Assembly (NCBI GenBank): GCA_027491435.1
Contig: JAOZFG010000017.1
Location: 1 to 64,000 of the forward strand
Length of the DNA: 64,000 nt
Source: Thermoproteota archaeon
Lineage (GTDB): Archaea > Korarchaeota > Korarchaeia > Korarchaeales > Korarchaeaceae
Direction of reading: 5' to 3'
Positions 37,673 to 47,950 of this stretch are shown here, one piece after another (the first letter of the stretch is position 1; every line of letters begins with the position of its first letter). The notes under the pieces are model-generated. The model searched no databases, had not been told where the DNA came from, and worked only from the letters and a program-made list of their open reading frames with translations. Both the position numbers and the translations under genes were made by a program.

Positions 37673-39870
37673 ACTTGAAAAGCAATTCTAAAGGCCCTTT
37701 CACGGTTAGGTCTGTTCTCCTATCTATCTTCTTCGGTTTATTCATGCTGTTCGCCCAAGGAATAATGGGGTCAGCCGCTGGCTACTTTTGGACGGGAGAA
37801 GCTGCCTTAGTCCTTATGATTGTGGGCTACTCCCTATCAACCCTAACTAGAGACCCCATGACGCCTTCGGAGCTGGGCGTCATATTCGGAGCTGTGGAAG
37901 TTATAACTGTACTCTTCATAGGATGGCAGTACTTCATCCCCTCTTGGGCTCTGGCCTTACTCTCCGATTCTATCCCTGCCGAGATCAAGCAGTGGATTCC
38001 TGACTTCTTGATCCCTAAGGACAAGGAAGCCCTCAGAACCCTCATAGTGGGCGGCAGCCTTAACCTCTCCATCTGGATAGTTCCTCTAACTTTTCTGATA
38101 GTGTTTGCCGTAGTGATATCGCTATTCGCCTACTTTAACATGATACCCTTCCACAAGTTCTACTTAGAGAAGGAGAAGCTCATATTCCCCGTAGCTACTG
38201 TAGCGTCCAGCATAGCAAAGAGGCTCAAGGAGGGAAGGGACACCAAGTGGATATGGCTTGGGGTACTGGCTGGGTTCACAATGAGCTTAATTCAGAGAGG
38301 TCATTTGCTCAACGTGTTATGGCCTGACTTTCCGGTGGCTAACCTCAACATCGACTTAACTCCCGCTTTACAGAAGGTTTTGCCAGGAGGCGCCTTCGGA
38401 ATGGACAAGGGAAGCCAAATCACGCCAGACCTAGTGGCTTGGGCTTACATAATTCCTTTGGAGGTACAGGCGTCCATGTGGATAACTGCCTTAATAGCTT
38501 ACCTGGCAATTCCGCCAATTTTAGTGAAGATAGGGCTGCTCCCCTACGAGCCCGGCGGAGACTTCCAGACGTATAGTTCAGTCGCCTCTCTGCATGGTCC
38601 TCTTCCATGGCACCATATATCAACGGGGCTCCTCGCGGCCATTGGTGTAGTTCCCCTGCTACTAGGTTATAAGTACATAAAGAAGTCGCTGGACGATTGG
38701 CAGGGACCTTTCAACAAGAGAATACTGTTTGTGGGGTGGGCTCTCACGTTTGCGGGTAGTGTGGCGTTGATCTCAGCGTTAGGACTCAGCCCAGGGGTAG
38801 CTATAGCGATCCTTATGCTACAGGTAGTTTACTGGCACGGATACGTGTGGACCATAGGCATGGGCAACTGGCTGATACCCACAGAGCTTGGAATTAGAGG
38901 ACTTGTGGACTCCCTCCTGTTTACTCCTGCGACTAGAATGTCTAGAGATGCCTTCTGGGCTGGAGCCTCAACGGCAATGGTATCCGACGTGGGATCGGCC
39001 CAGGCTACCTCCCTGATGGAGGGCTTCAGGTACTCCAGGAACATAGGGATGTCCCTCAAACACATGTTCAAGGCCCAGCTGATGGGGCTAATTATGGGAT
39101 CGGTGATAGGCGGCGTGATGCTATTGGCAGCTTACCACATCTGGGGGGCGGCTAAAGAGCCACTTAGAGCTGATAACGTGAAGTACCCGGCTACTGGCTT
39201 GCTTCAGATAACTGGACAGTTTGGAGGGTGGGAGCTCAGTTACTTCATCTTGGGATTCGCCTTTGGGGCGCTGATTTTCCTGATAAGGGGGGTCGTCCCT
39301 TGGTTAACCGTTAGCGCTGTAGGAGTCCTGTTTGGGCTAATGATACCGCATTACGCTGTGCTATACATGATGAGCACTGCTCTTAGAATTGTGGTGGATA
39401 GGACCAAGGGCAGGGAGTTCAACAGGAGGGTTATGATCCCCCTAATGGCTGGCTTCGCCGCCGGAGGTATAATAAACGTGATGGCCGCTGGCCTGGTGAA
39501 GATATTGAAGGTAATGGGCGCCGATGCCGCGGCACTTCTCTTAGGAGGCTTAATAATACTGGCCGTCTACCTGCTGTCCCTGAGAGCTTATCTTAGAGGT
39601 GAATCCAGAACTCGTGGCATTAGGGCAGTAGTTATAGAACCCTTCGGGATACTGGTAGACAAGGAGGTTGAGATAACCCCCTATGAGCTTGGAGTTGAGG
39701 GACTTGGATCCATCAAGCTATCGCCTGACGATGGCTGGACGCTGACCCCGATAGGAACTAGTGCCACTGTTAATGGTGAGCATGTTCCCGATGGATCTAG
39801 CTACAGGATTGATGGTGAGGCTGAGGTGTTAATCTGGGGAGTTAAGCTTAGCTTAAGGGTGGTAGAATGA
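37669..39870 (+). CDS. OPT-superfamily oligopeptide transporter-like protein with C-terminal FHA-like domain
   Basis: About 16-18 TM segments, EKEKLIFP motif. Soluble C-terminus W.L...T.VNG....L....V.IWGV.L. Confidence 0.72.
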   Translation: MNLKSNSKGPFTVRSVLLSIFFGLFMLFAQGIMGSAAGYFWTGEAALVLMIVGYSLSTLTRDPMTPSELGVIFGAVEVITVLFIGWQYFIPSWALALLSDSIPAEIKQWIPDFLIPKDKEALRTLIVGGSLNLSIWIVPLTFLIVFAVVISLFAYFNMIPFHKFYLEKEKLIFPVATVASSIAKRLKEGRDTKWIWLGVLAGFTMSLIQRGHLLNVLWPDFPVANLNIDLTPALQKVLPGGAFGMDKGSQITPDLVAWAYIIPLEVQASMWITALIAYLAIPPILVKIGLLPYEPGGDFQTYSSVASLHGPLPWHHISTGLLAAIGVVPLLLGYKYIKKSLDDWQGPFNKRILFVGWALTFAGSVALISALGLSPGVAIAILMLQVVYWHGYVWTIGMGNWLIPTELGIRGLVDSLLFTPATRMSRDAFWAGASTAMVSDVGSAQATSLMEGFRYSRNIGMSLKHMFKAQLMGLIMGSVIGGVMLLAAYHIWGAAKEPLRADNVKYPATGLLQITGQFGGWELSYFILGFAFGALIFLIRGVVPWLTVSAVGVLFGLMIPHYAVLYMMSTALRIVVDRTKGREFNRRVMIPLMAGFAAGGIINVMAAGLVKILKVMGADAAALLLGGLIILAVYLLSLRAYLRGESRTRGIRAVVIEPFGILVDKEVEITPYELGVEGLGSIKLSPDDGWTLTPIGTSATVNGEHVPDGSSYRIDGEAEVLIWGVKLSLRVVE

Positions 39871-41210
39871 GCCTAATATTCACGCCCTTGGGAATTAGAG
39901 GGGTCTTCGGTGAAAGCCTAACCGTCGGTGACGTGTTGAAGCTATCTAACATATTCGGAGACCATTTAGGCGAGGGATCTACCGTAGTGGTGGGCAGGGA
40001 TACCAGGGACAGCGGACCGGCTGTAGAGAAGGCCGTCGTATCGGGACTGCTATCCGCTGGAGTTCACGTGATAAACTTGGGAGTGGCTCCCACCCCCATG
40101 ATAGAGTGGGCGGTGGACAGGTTAGAGGCTGATGGAGGTGTGATAATATCGGCAAGCCATAACCCGCCTGAGTGGAACGCTTTGAAACTGGTAGGGGAGA
40201 GAGGGGTCCTGCTCCACCCAGATGAGATGGAGGCCCTCAAGGAGAAGTTCTCTAAGGGGGAGCCCAAGACCGTACCTTGGAACAAGGTCGGATCGTACAG
40301 GGAAGTCAACCTAGTAGACGAGTACATAAGTGAGATAGAGTCTTTAGTAGACGGAGATCGGATAAGAGATGCTGGCTTTAAGGTAGTGTTGGACCTTAAC
40401 GGAGGGGCTGGGGCTATAGTTACCCCCTACCTGCTTCATAGGCTAGGTGTGAAGGTGATATCTCTCAACTCCGCCCCGGGAATATTTGTGAGGGAGATGG
40501 AACCCAGGCCAGACACTCTGGGCGACTTGGCCTCCACTGTAAAGGCCGTTAGGGCGGATGTAGGCTTTGCCCACGATACTGACGCTGATAGGTTAACCCT
40601 AGTAACCGAGTGGGGGGAGATCCTGACTGAAGACATAACTCTGGCTTTGGTTGTGGACTACCTACTTCAGAAGGAGGGGGGTGGCTCCTTGGTAGTAAAC
40701 GTGGCCTCATCTAAGATGTTTGACGACATCGCATCTAGCAGAGGCGCCACTGTTTACAGAACCCCCGTGGGAGAAGCCTACGTAGCTCATAAGATGTTAG
40801 AGGTGAATGCCACCGTAGGGGGGGAAGGAAGCTGTGGCGGCGTGATCTACCCCAAGTTCCATGTAGGGAGGGATGGGCCTTTAGCTGCAGCCATAATACT
40901 GGAAAGGATGTCCGTTGAGGGAAAAACGCTTTCACAGCTGGTGGATGAGCTCCCCAAATACTACATGAGAAGGGAGAGCATTCCAGCGAGGGTTAACTGG
41001 GACGAAGTTAGTGAGAGGCTCATCAAGTTCGCTGAGAGTAGAGGTATGAAGGTAAGCACGCTGGACGGGGTCAGAATGGATACAGATGACCTTTGGGCCT
41101 TGATAAGGCCATCTAAGACGGAATTTAAGGTAAGGTTCGTCGTGGAAGGCAGGGATAAGGGTGAAGTGGACGGCCTGTTAGATGAGCTGATGAAGCTCGT
41201 CATGTCCTAG
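39867..41210 (+). CDS. Phosphohexomutase (phosphoglucosamine mutase or PMM/PGM)
   Basis: GIRG, GRDTR.SG, SASHNPP, HDTDADR, GGEGS and IRPSKTE motifs. Confidence 0.95.
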   Translation: MSLIFTPLGIRGVFGESLTVGDVLKLSNIFGDHLGEGSTVVVGRDTRDSGPAVEKAVVSGLLSAGVHVINLGVAPTPMIEWAVDRLEADGGVIISASHNPPEWNALKLVGERGVLLHPDEMEALKEKFSKGEPKTVPWNKVGSYREVNLVDEYISEIESLVDGDRIRDAGFKVVLDLNGGAGAIVTPYLLHRLGVKVISLNSAPGIFVREMEPRPDTLGDLASTVKAVRADVGFAHDTDADRLTLVTEWGEILTEDITLALVVDYLLQKEGGGSLVVNVASSKMFDDIASSRGATVYRTPVGEAYVAHKMLEVNATVGGEGSCGGVIYPKFHVGRDGPLAAAIILERMSVEGKTLSQLVDELPKYYMRRESIPARVNWDEVSERLIKFAESRGMKVSTLDGVRMDTDDLWALIRPSKTEFKVRFVVEGRDKGEVDGLLDELMKLVMS

Positions 41211-41646
41211 CTTCTCCTTTCTCCCCAGAAAATTTCAGTCTACCCTCCACTTTATCTATAAACCTCTTCCAGGCTGACCCTAGACTACTTAAAGCTATGA
41301 TCATGAAGGAGAAGGTGGTAAAGGGGCCGTCTGGGGGGCCTATCATCAGCCCGGCGATCAAACCTAGGATGGGGATCCCAACCCCCGATATGAGGGAAGC
41401 CTTCTTGTACAAGGCGGCCTCACTCCCTTGTGAGAAGAGGAGGTGTCTGACATATCTATCAGAGGCGAAGAATAAGATGAGGGCGGCTATCATCAGCATA
41501 ATGCTTACCAGGGATCCGGTCACTCTGTCGGTCAGTCTAAACCTCTCTACGGCAAAAGAGACTATAACCAAAGTAAACGCACTGAAAGAAGCTATCCAAG
41601 CTGTAAACTCCCTTAGTTTAGTGATCTCTTCTCCTCTCACGGTCAC
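41200..41646 (-). CDS. Hypothetical 4-TM membrane protein
   Basis: Four hydrophobic segments. Start trimmed to GTG at about 41646 because the track ORF overlaps tuf. Confidence 0.7.
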   Translation of the reverse strand: MTVRGEEITKLREFTAWIASFSAFTLVIVSFAVERFRLTDRVTGSLVSIMLMIAALILFFASDRYVRHLLFSQGSEAALYKKASLISGVGIPILGLIAGLMIGPPDGPFTTFSFMIIALSSLGSAWKRFIDKVEGRLKFSGEKGEART

Positions 41647-41728
41647 TGAGTACCCTTCATGGGTCGACACGTTTAGTTTAAAAATACATTCAAGGTCTTG
41701 GAAGTAGGGAGTGTACCCCAGTGAGGTG

Positions 41729-43000
41729 ATGCAAGTGGCCGAGAAGGAACACATCAACCTAGTATTCGTGGGCCATGTAGACCACGGTAAGTCCACCCTG
41801 ATAGGGAGGATGTTCTACGACCTCAAGCTGGTAGAGGACCTTCCTCCCGAGGAACAGGCTGCTGACGCCCAGTTCGCTTGGCTGGTCGACAGGCTTAAGG
41901 AGGAGCGAGAGAGAGGTATGACCATAGACCTCTTCCACACCAAGATAGAGACCCCTCATAAGATGATCACCATAATCGACGCACCAGGTCACAGGGACTT
42001 CGTTAAGAACATGATCACCGGGGCCAGCCAGGCCGATGCCGCTGTCCTGGTGGTTTCAGCTAAGTCCGGAGAGGGAGTCCAAGCTCAGACAATAGAACAC
42101 GTCTTCCTGATAAAGACTTTGGGAGTTAACCAGCTGGTCGTGGCTATATCCAAGATGGACGATCCAACCGTTAATTACAGCCAGGAGAGGTTTGAGGAGG
42201 TAAAGGCTCAAGTAGCAGAGTTGCTCAGAAAGGTAGGGTATAACCCGGACAAGATACCTTTCATACCCGTGAGCGGTCTCAAGGGAGACAACGTGGTTAA
42301 CAAGAGTGAGAACATGCCTTGGTACAAGGGTCCAACTCTCTACGAGGTGCTTGACACGTTTAAGGCTCCGCCCAAGCCTATTGACAAGCCTTTCAGGCTT
42401 CCGATACAGGACGTGTTCTCAATAACCGGAGTCGGAACCGTAGTCGTCGGGAGGGTGGAGACTGGAGTTCTGAGGCCCGGAGACAAGGTTATAATAGAGC
42501 CTTTGGGCAAGACCGCCGAGGTTAAGAGCATAGAGATGCACCACGAGAGACTTGACAAGGCAGAGCCCGGCGACAACGTCGGAGTCAACATAAAGGGAAT
42601 CGACAGGAAGGAGATAAAGAGAGGGGACGTCATGGGTCACGTGGATAACCCGCCCACTGTGGCTAAGGAGTTCACCGCCCAGATAGTGGTGCTTCAGCAC
42701 CCGACCGCCATAGCTCCTGGTTATACCCCTGTTATACACGCCCATACCGGCCACATGGCTTGTAAGATGGTGTCAATAGAGAAGAAGCTAGATCCCAGGA
42801 CTGGTCAGGTGATAGAGGAGAACCCGAGCTTCATTAGGAAGGGAGAAGCTGCTATCGTGAAATTCCAGCCACTCAAGCCCTTCGTCATAGAGAAGTATAG
42901 CGAGTTCCCGCCTCTAGGAAGGTTTGCCGTCAGGGACATGGGAATAACGGTCGCCGCAGGCATAGTGCTGGATGTCGTGCCGCTGGAGAGGAAGAAATAA
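41729..43000 (+). CDS. tuf: Translation elongation factor EF-1 alpha
   Basis: [33 protein letters not shown] and GRFAVRDMG motifs. Confidence 0.97.
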   Translation: MQVAEKEHINLVFVGHVDHGKSTLIGRMFYDLKLVEDLPPEEQAADAQFAWLVDRLKEERERGMTIDLFHTKIETPHKMITIIDAPGHRDFVKNMITGASQADAAVLVVSAKSGEGVQAQTIEHVFLIKTLGVNQLVVAISKMDDPTVNYSQERFEEVKAQVAELLRKVGYNPDKIPFIPVSGLKGDNVVNKSENMPWYKGPTLYEVLDTFKAPPKPIDKPFRLPIQDVFSITGVGTVVVGRVETGVLRPGDKVIIEPLGKTAEVKSIEMHHERLDKAEPGDNVGVNIKGIDRKEIKRGDVMGHVDNPPTVAKEFTAQIVVLQHPTAIAPGYTPVIHAHTGHMACKMVSIEKKLDPRTGQVIEENPSFIRKGEAAIVKFQPLKPFVIEKYSEFPPLGRFAVRDMGITVAAGIVLDVVPLERKK

Positions 43001-43034
43001 AAACCCTCTCCCTTTATTTATGGAGTGATTGAAA

Positions 43035-43346
43035 ATGGGGGAGACTCTAAGGATAGAGATGGTCAGCACCAACCCAAGGAGCCTGGACGAGGTATCTCGG
43101 AAGTTCAAGGAGATAGCTGTCCAGATGGGAATAAGGATAAAGGGGCCCATACCTCTACCCACCAAGAGACTCAGGGTTACAACTCTGAGGAACCCCTCTG
43201 GAGAGGGCACCAACAGATACGACAAGTTCGAGCTCAGAATCCATAAAAGGATAATAGATATACCTAATCCCGATGAAAGGTTCATAAGAAGTATAATGGG
43301 CCTCCCCATACCAGATGATGTTAAGATAAGCGTCGTTATGCTGTAA
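43035..43346 (+). CDS. rps10: 30S ribosomal protein S10
   Basis: GPIPLPTKRL...R.P.GEG...D.FELRIHKR.ID. Confidence 0.97.
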   Translation: MGETLRIEMVSTNPRSLDEVSRKFKEIAVQMGIRIKGPIPLPTKRLRVTTLRNPSGEGTNRYDKFELRIHKRIIDIPNPDERFIRSIMGLPIPDDVKISVVML

Positions 43347-43400
43347 TATGCGCAATACTTTTTCTAAACCTGTTTTTAAGGAGTAGCTATTCTTGTTAAG

Positions 43401-43487
43401 CGCCGGGGGAGGGATTCGAACCCTCGCGGCCCGGAGGGCCACCCGCTCTCAAGGCGGGCACCTTGGTCCTGGCTCGGCCACCCCGGC
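43401..43487 (-). tRNA. tRNA-Ser(TGA), no intron, CCA not encoded
   Basis: GCCGGGG acceptor stem, anticodon arm CCCGC-CTTGAGA-GCGGG, long variable arm, GTTCGAATC T-loop, G73. Confidence 0.96.
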
Positions 43488-43522
43488 TACAAGTATGATA
43501 GAAGGAGAGGGGTATAAAAAAC

Positions 43523-43921
43523 TCACTTGAGGGGGACGAACTTGCTCGACCTGGTGGCTCCCTTCCCTGGCTTTCCATGCCTCACTATCCTGTTGGTCAT
43601 GGCGAACTCCCCAAGGTAATGGCCTATCATCTCTGGGACTATCTCCACTTCAACGAATTCCTTTCCGTTATGTACTGCTATCTTCATGCCCACCATCTCC
43701 GGCAGGACGGGCATGTCCCTCCTGTGTGTTCTTATCACTTTGTTTATCCCCTTCCTCTTGTATTTTCTTATTTTGTCCAATAACTTCTTGTTCTCGGGTG
43801 AAAGCCCCCTCTTTAACGTCCTCCTCATTCTAGCTGGCATTATCTCAGCTAGATCATCTAAGGACATCTCCATCAGCTGTTCAAGGGTATAACCCTTGTA
43901 AGTGAAGGCCTTGGACGACAT
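43523..43921 (-). CDS. rps19: 30S ribosomal protein S19
   Basis: F.YKG, AR.RR.LKRG, RTHRRDM and [11 protein letters not shown] motifs. Confidence 0.98.
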   Translation of the reverse strand: MSSKAFTYKGYTLEQLMEMSLDDLAEIMPARMRRTLKRGLSPENKKLLDKIRKYKRKGINKVIRTHRRDMPVLPEMVGMKIAVHNGKEFVEVEIVPEMIGHYLGEFAMTNRIVRHGKPGKGATRSSKFVPLK

Positions 43922-43952
43922 GTTCCTCTCACCTCACATAGGGCGTGGGGGT

Positions 43953-44687
43953 TTATAAGCCTGCCCTTCTCTTGGCCCTGCCCGTCTTTCTGGCAGCAAT
44001 GTGTCCCACCTTCTGTCCTGGAGGAGCTGTCCTAGCCACAGTTGTCGGTTTACCAGGCCTCTTGTGCGATCCCCCGCCATGCGGATGGCTCACTGGATTC
44101 ATAGCAACGCCTCTGACCACCGGCCACCTCTTCGGGTGCGTTCTTTCGTGGTGATACTTGTTTCCTGCCTTTAAGAAAGGCTTCTCCGTCCTGCCTCCTC
44201 CGGCTACAACACCTATGGTGGCCCTGCAGTCGCCAGTCACCACCTTTTCCTTTCTAGAAGGTAACCTCAATATCACCTTATCTCCGTCGTGAGAGAACAC
44301 CAGCACATAAGTCCCGCTCCTCCTCGCTATCTTGCCGCCGTCACCCTTCCTTATCTCGACGTTGCACACCAATGTTCCATCGGGTATTTTTGACAGGGGT
44401 AGTACATTTCCTGTCTTGAGCTCGGCGTCTGGCCCTATCTGAATCTCCTGACCTACATAGACACCCTCAGGGGGTATGTAGTACATGACCTCCCCATTCT
44501 CCAGGACTACTTTAGCTAGGGGGGTGTGCCTCCCCGGCTCATGTATGAACTCCTTGATGATTCCCTTGATCGTGGAATTTATCCCTAGTTCAGCAGGGTA
44601 TTTGGCTGGAGCGACCTTAAGGTGGGCCCTTGACCTAAACTGTATGCCGCCCCTTCCCTTCCTCTGAACGAGGATCCGCTTCCCCAT
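43953..44687 (-). CDS. rpl2: 50S ribosomal protein L2
   Basis: MGKRI..QR.GRG, HEPGR..PLA and VRGVAMNP..HPHGGG motifs. Confidence 0.98.
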   Translation of the reverse strand: MGKRILVQRKGRGGIQFRSRAHLKVAPAKYPAELGINSTIKGIIKEFIHEPGRHTPLAKVVLENGEVMYYIPPEGVYVGQEIQIGPDAELKTGNVLPLSKIPDGTLVCNVEIRKGDGGKIARRSGTYVLVFSHDGDKVILRLPSRKEKVVTGDCRATIGVVAGGGRTEKPFLKAGNKYHHERTHPKRWPVVRGVAMNPVSHPHGGGSHKRPGKPTTVARTAPPGQKVGHIAARKTGRAKRRAGL

Positions 44688-44696
44688 TCAATCACC

Positions 44697-44972
44697 CTAC
44701 ACGAGTATGCCCAGTTTAGGAGCCACGTCTGAGGCTTTATACTTTGGTTTGAGCTTAACGTAAGCCTTCTTCCTTCCATCGGGAGTTATTAGAGTCCAGA
44801 CCTTATCTACCTTGACCTCCAGTATCTCCTCCACCGCCCTCTTTATTTCCTGCTTGTTAGCCCTTAGGTTAACGTAGAAGGTCAATTTATTCTCCTCATT
44901 TATCAATCTAACGGCCTTCTCGGTTGACACAGGACTTATTATAACATCATAAGGGTCAAACTTCTTATACAA
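44697..44972 (-). CDS. rpl23: 50S ribosomal protein L23
   Basis: P..TEKA..ENKLTF.V..ANK..IK.AVE and G.KKAYVKL motifs. Confidence 0.97.
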   Translation of the reverse strand: MYKKFDPYDVIISPVSTEKAVRLINEENKLTFYVNLRANKQEIKRAVEEILEVKVDKVWTLITPDGRKKAYVKLKPKYKASDVAPKLGILV

Positions 44973-45756
44973 GCTTAACCACCTCCATAAGCTTGGAAAG
45001 GGCCTCGTTAGACCAGACGGTAAGCCTGCCGGGTACTCCTCCGGGAGCCAAGTGCATTACGCTTAGGTTTCTTAGGCTTACTACGTCGACGCCCGGGATG
45101 TTCCTGGCCGCTCTAGCTATGGGGGCTCCCTCATTCATGTAGACTATCAGGGGGCCCTTGGCCCTCTGCCTTACTCTTCCCCTCATCTTGCCCCTACCAG
45201 CTCTTATCTTCCTGAACCTATACTTAGTTCTCTCCAGTTCATCCTGAAGGCCCAGCGAGATTAGTAGGGAGTAAACTTCCTTAGTCTTCCTCAAACTCTC
45301 TAAATCGTCAATTACAACCAGGGGGAATTGATCTATTCCATCGACCCTGTGCCTAGCCCTCACCAATTCAGGCACTGAGGTGGCGGCTATAGCTGAAAGG
45401 AGAGCCAACCTCCTCTCCTTCCTGTTTACCCTCTCCCATATTGATCTGGGAGACCTTGGGGCCATTACCCTAACTCCCCCAACGGCCATGGCTGCCCTGG
45501 CGGCATTCCCGGCCTTCGGATACCCCCTTCCCTTAACTCTAGGGACTCTTGCCACTCCATGGCCAGCCCCCCAGGATTCGGCCGAGGTCCTCAGGCCAGC
45601 TAGGGGATCCCTATACTTTTGCTGAATTCTAGCGGTCAACTGGGATAAGTATACCCTTCTGATCACGTCGGGCCGTACTACGTAATCGAACACCTCTGGC
45701 AGGGTAACCTTACCTACTTCGTTACCGCTGAGATCGTAAAGCGGCACCTCTCTCAT
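44965..45756 (-). CDS. rpl4: 50S ribosomal protein L4
   Basis: [31 protein letters not shown] and LAPGG.PGRLT motifs. Confidence 0.97.
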   Translation of the reverse strand: MREVPLYDLSGNEVGKVTLPEVFDYVVRPDVIRRVYLSQLTARIQQKYRDPLAGLRTSAESWGAGHGVARVPRVKGRGYPKAGNAARAAMAVGGVRVMAPRSPRSIWERVNRKERRLALLSAIAATSVPELVRARHRVDGIDQFPLVVIDDLESLRKTKEVYSLLISLGLQDELERTKYRFRKIRAGRGKMRGRVRQRAKGPLIVYMNEGAPIARAARNIPGVDVVSLRNLSVMHLAPGGVPGRLTVWSNEALSKLMEVVKLV

Positions 45757-45770
45757 TTTGATCAACCCCT

Positions 45771-46796
45771 TCACTTCTTCAGCCAGCCCACCGAGCTTAT
45801 ATAGGTTATCTCCGGAGCTGGCAGTTCATCGTAAGTGGGCCTTATCGGATCCCTCATCATGACGAACCTCTTGGCCGGCCCTGGAATTGAGCCGGAGAGC
45901 AACACGTAGTGCGTTCTAAGCACGCCGTAGTTCTTGAAACCTCCCTTGGGAGTTACGTCAATCGAGTCCTCCTTTGTGGGGTCTGCTATAAGCAATATCC
46001 TCTTGTTATACTCCGTCCTCTTGTGGTATCCAGTCTGCCCGGCCCTAGGAACCCTCCAAGTAACGTAGGGCGGATGCCTGGAGCCTAAGCTGCCGACCCT
46101 CCACCTGCCCTTCCCGGCTTTGTGTCTCAGCAGTTCCACGCCAAACCTCCTGACAACTCCCTGCCATCCGTGTCCCTTGGTAACCGCTGTCACGTCAACT
46201 AACTGACCTGTCTTAAACACGTCGAAGATGCTGACCTGTTTTCCTACGAGGGACTTGACATATGCAAACCTCTCGGCCATATCAGCTCCTTTTACAGGTA
46301 TTTCAAGGAATTCGGGCTTTTTCTTATGGATTCCTGCCAGATCTGGCCGTGTATAGGCTAAAATTCTAATCTCCTCCACTTCAGACAAGTTGTCCTCTAT
46401 CTTGGGAAGGGCCTTATCTAAGTTGTCTATGCTGTTCTTTTTACCCATGGTCAGCCTTATCCTAGGAATTACTTTATTTTTCTCTTCTTTAACTATTCTG
46501 AGGGCGGTGGTTATAGGTTTAAGTCCATAAGGCGTCCCTCTATAAGCCCTAACGCCCACTACATTTATTGGAGGTGATTCAACCACCGTCGAAGCTAGAG
46601 TTATGTACTGCCCCTGAAGCAGCTTGCCCGGCCTGTCCTCCTTCATGTAAACGTGAACCATACCTACCTTGTAACCTGGGAAGGCCACTAGCTTGGGATT
46701 TTCTATCTCCAGTTCAGGGTAGGACCTGAAGGTTGCCTTCTGGGTCCTAGCTCTTTTCCTAGGCCTGAACTGAAGAGAACCGTGTCTCCTAGGCAT
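45771..46796 (-). CDS. rpl3: 50S ribosomal protein L3
   Basis: PRRHGSL.F.PRKRA, GYKVGM.H, TKGHGWQG and RAGQ.GYH.RTEYNK motifs. Confidence 0.97.
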   Translation of the reverse strand: MPRRHGSLQFRPRKRARTQKATFRSYPELEIENPKLVAFPGYKVGMVHVYMKEDRPGKLLQGQYITLASTVVESPPINVVGVRAYRGTPYGLKPITTALRIVKEEKNKVIPRIRLTMGKKNSIDNLDKALPKIEDNLSEVEEIRILAYTRPDLAGIHKKKPEFLEIPVKGADMAERFAYVKSLVGKQVSIFDVFKTGQLVDVTAVTKGHGWQGVVRRFGVELLRHKAGKGRWRVGSLGSRHPPYVTWRVPRAGQTGYHKRTEYNKRILLIADPTKEDSIDVTPKGGFKNYGVLRTHYVLLSGSIPGPAKRFVMMRDPIRPTYDELPAPEITYISSVGWLKK

Positions 46797-46879
46797 TTCA
46801 CTTACACCCTGTCAATCCATACCAAGGTTTGATTTAGGTATATTAAATTTGACGGTCCTCGGGCCGGGCTTGAAATCAC

Positions 46880-47539
46880 TCACTTAAGCACCTTGCCCGT
46901 CTCCATGTACCAGAGGTAGAGATCTAGCTCCCCTAAGGGGACGCCTACCTCCTCAGCCACCTTCTTTAGGATGCCCTCTAACTCTAGGTACCTTCGTTTG
47001 GTTAGGGTCTTTGGCTTCTTTATTATCCCATACCTTTCGAGTAAGTCAAGTATGTGGTAATCGATTATGGCCACGTTCTCAAACCCCACGTTTCTAAGAA
47101 AGTGGCTCGCCTCTTTGTAGCCTAGGCCCTTAACGTTCTTAGCCAACCAATCCCTCAGGTTATTCACGTCTTTATAGGAGCTCAGTATTCTCTTAAGGTT
47201 GCCGAGCAATCTCCTAGCTTCGACTATATACTGAGCTCTAGCCTTAGGGTACCTGTGACCCATCTCCCTGAGCTTCTCCTCCAATTCCTCTTGGTTTAAG
47301 TATATAAATCCATTTCCCAATTTCTCTTGAATTCTTATTCCTCCCATGGCACTATAGTTAGCGGTTAATAGACAGAAGCAGAGTTCTTGAAATATTCTCT
47401 CCTCAGTACTCTGGCCGATCCTCTTGAACTCCCTCATCCTCTCCTTAACGGCCCTCTTTACCTTCTCATCGTTCATTACCCTCCTAAGGTCCTCTATTAA
47501 CTTACTCAGGTTGTTTAGGTTGACCTCCATGGGCATCAC
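46880..47539 (-). CDS. ogg: 8-oxoguanine DNA glycosylase/AP lyase (OGG2 type)
   Basis: F.ELCFCLLTAN.SA, KGLGYKEASHFLRNVG, AIID.HI and LDLYLWY..TGKVLK motifs. Confidence 0.94.
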   Translation of the reverse strand: MMPMEVNLNNLSKLIEDLRRVMNDEKVKRAVKERMREFKRIGQSTEERIFQELCFCLLTANYSAMGGIRIQEKLGNGFIYLNQEELEEKLREMGHRYPKARAQYIVEARRLLGNLKRILSSYKDVNNLRDWLAKNVKGLGYKEASHFLRNVGFENVAIIDYHILDLLERYGIIKKPKTLTKRRYLELEGILKKVAEEVGVPLGELDLYLWYMETGKVLK

Positions 47540-47950
47540 TTAAAGATCCACTATAACTGTTGCCCTCCAGAGGCCATCCTCTTTCTTAACTGAGAACCTG
47601 TGATAGGTTATCGCCTTGATCTCGGTCTTGGGATCGTGTTTCTCCGGATTTATTTCCTCACCCTTGCACACGGCTTCGAGCCTGTTATCCTCTATCTTAA
47701 CGTCAAACTGAGAGAATACTAGGCCCTCAACGTCTGTTATAAACAGGAGTTCTGAAAGCCATGAGTGCAATAACATGCTCAGGTCAGGGGCCTCTAGCCT
47801 TATCTCCCTGGAAACGATCGGCTCTACCTTACTCACGTCCACCATTATGTGGTAAAGGGCTAGCGCAGCTTCTTTGAACAACCCTTCGAGCGTCTCAGAC
47901 CAGACCTCGAAGCCTATGTCTGCCTCAACTTCGATGAGCCTCCTGCCCAT
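47540..47950 (-). CDS. Archease
   Basis: ADIG...W..TLE.LF..AA, LL..WLSELL and EIKAITYH motifs; C-terminal IVDL. Confidence 0.93.
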   Translation of the reverse strand: MGRRLIEVEADIGFEVWSETLEGLFKEAALALYHIMVDVSKVEPIVSREIRLEAPDLSMLLHSWLSELLFITDVEGLVFSQFDVKIEDNRLEAVCKGEEINPEKHDPKTEIKAITYHRFSVKKEDGLWRATVIVDL

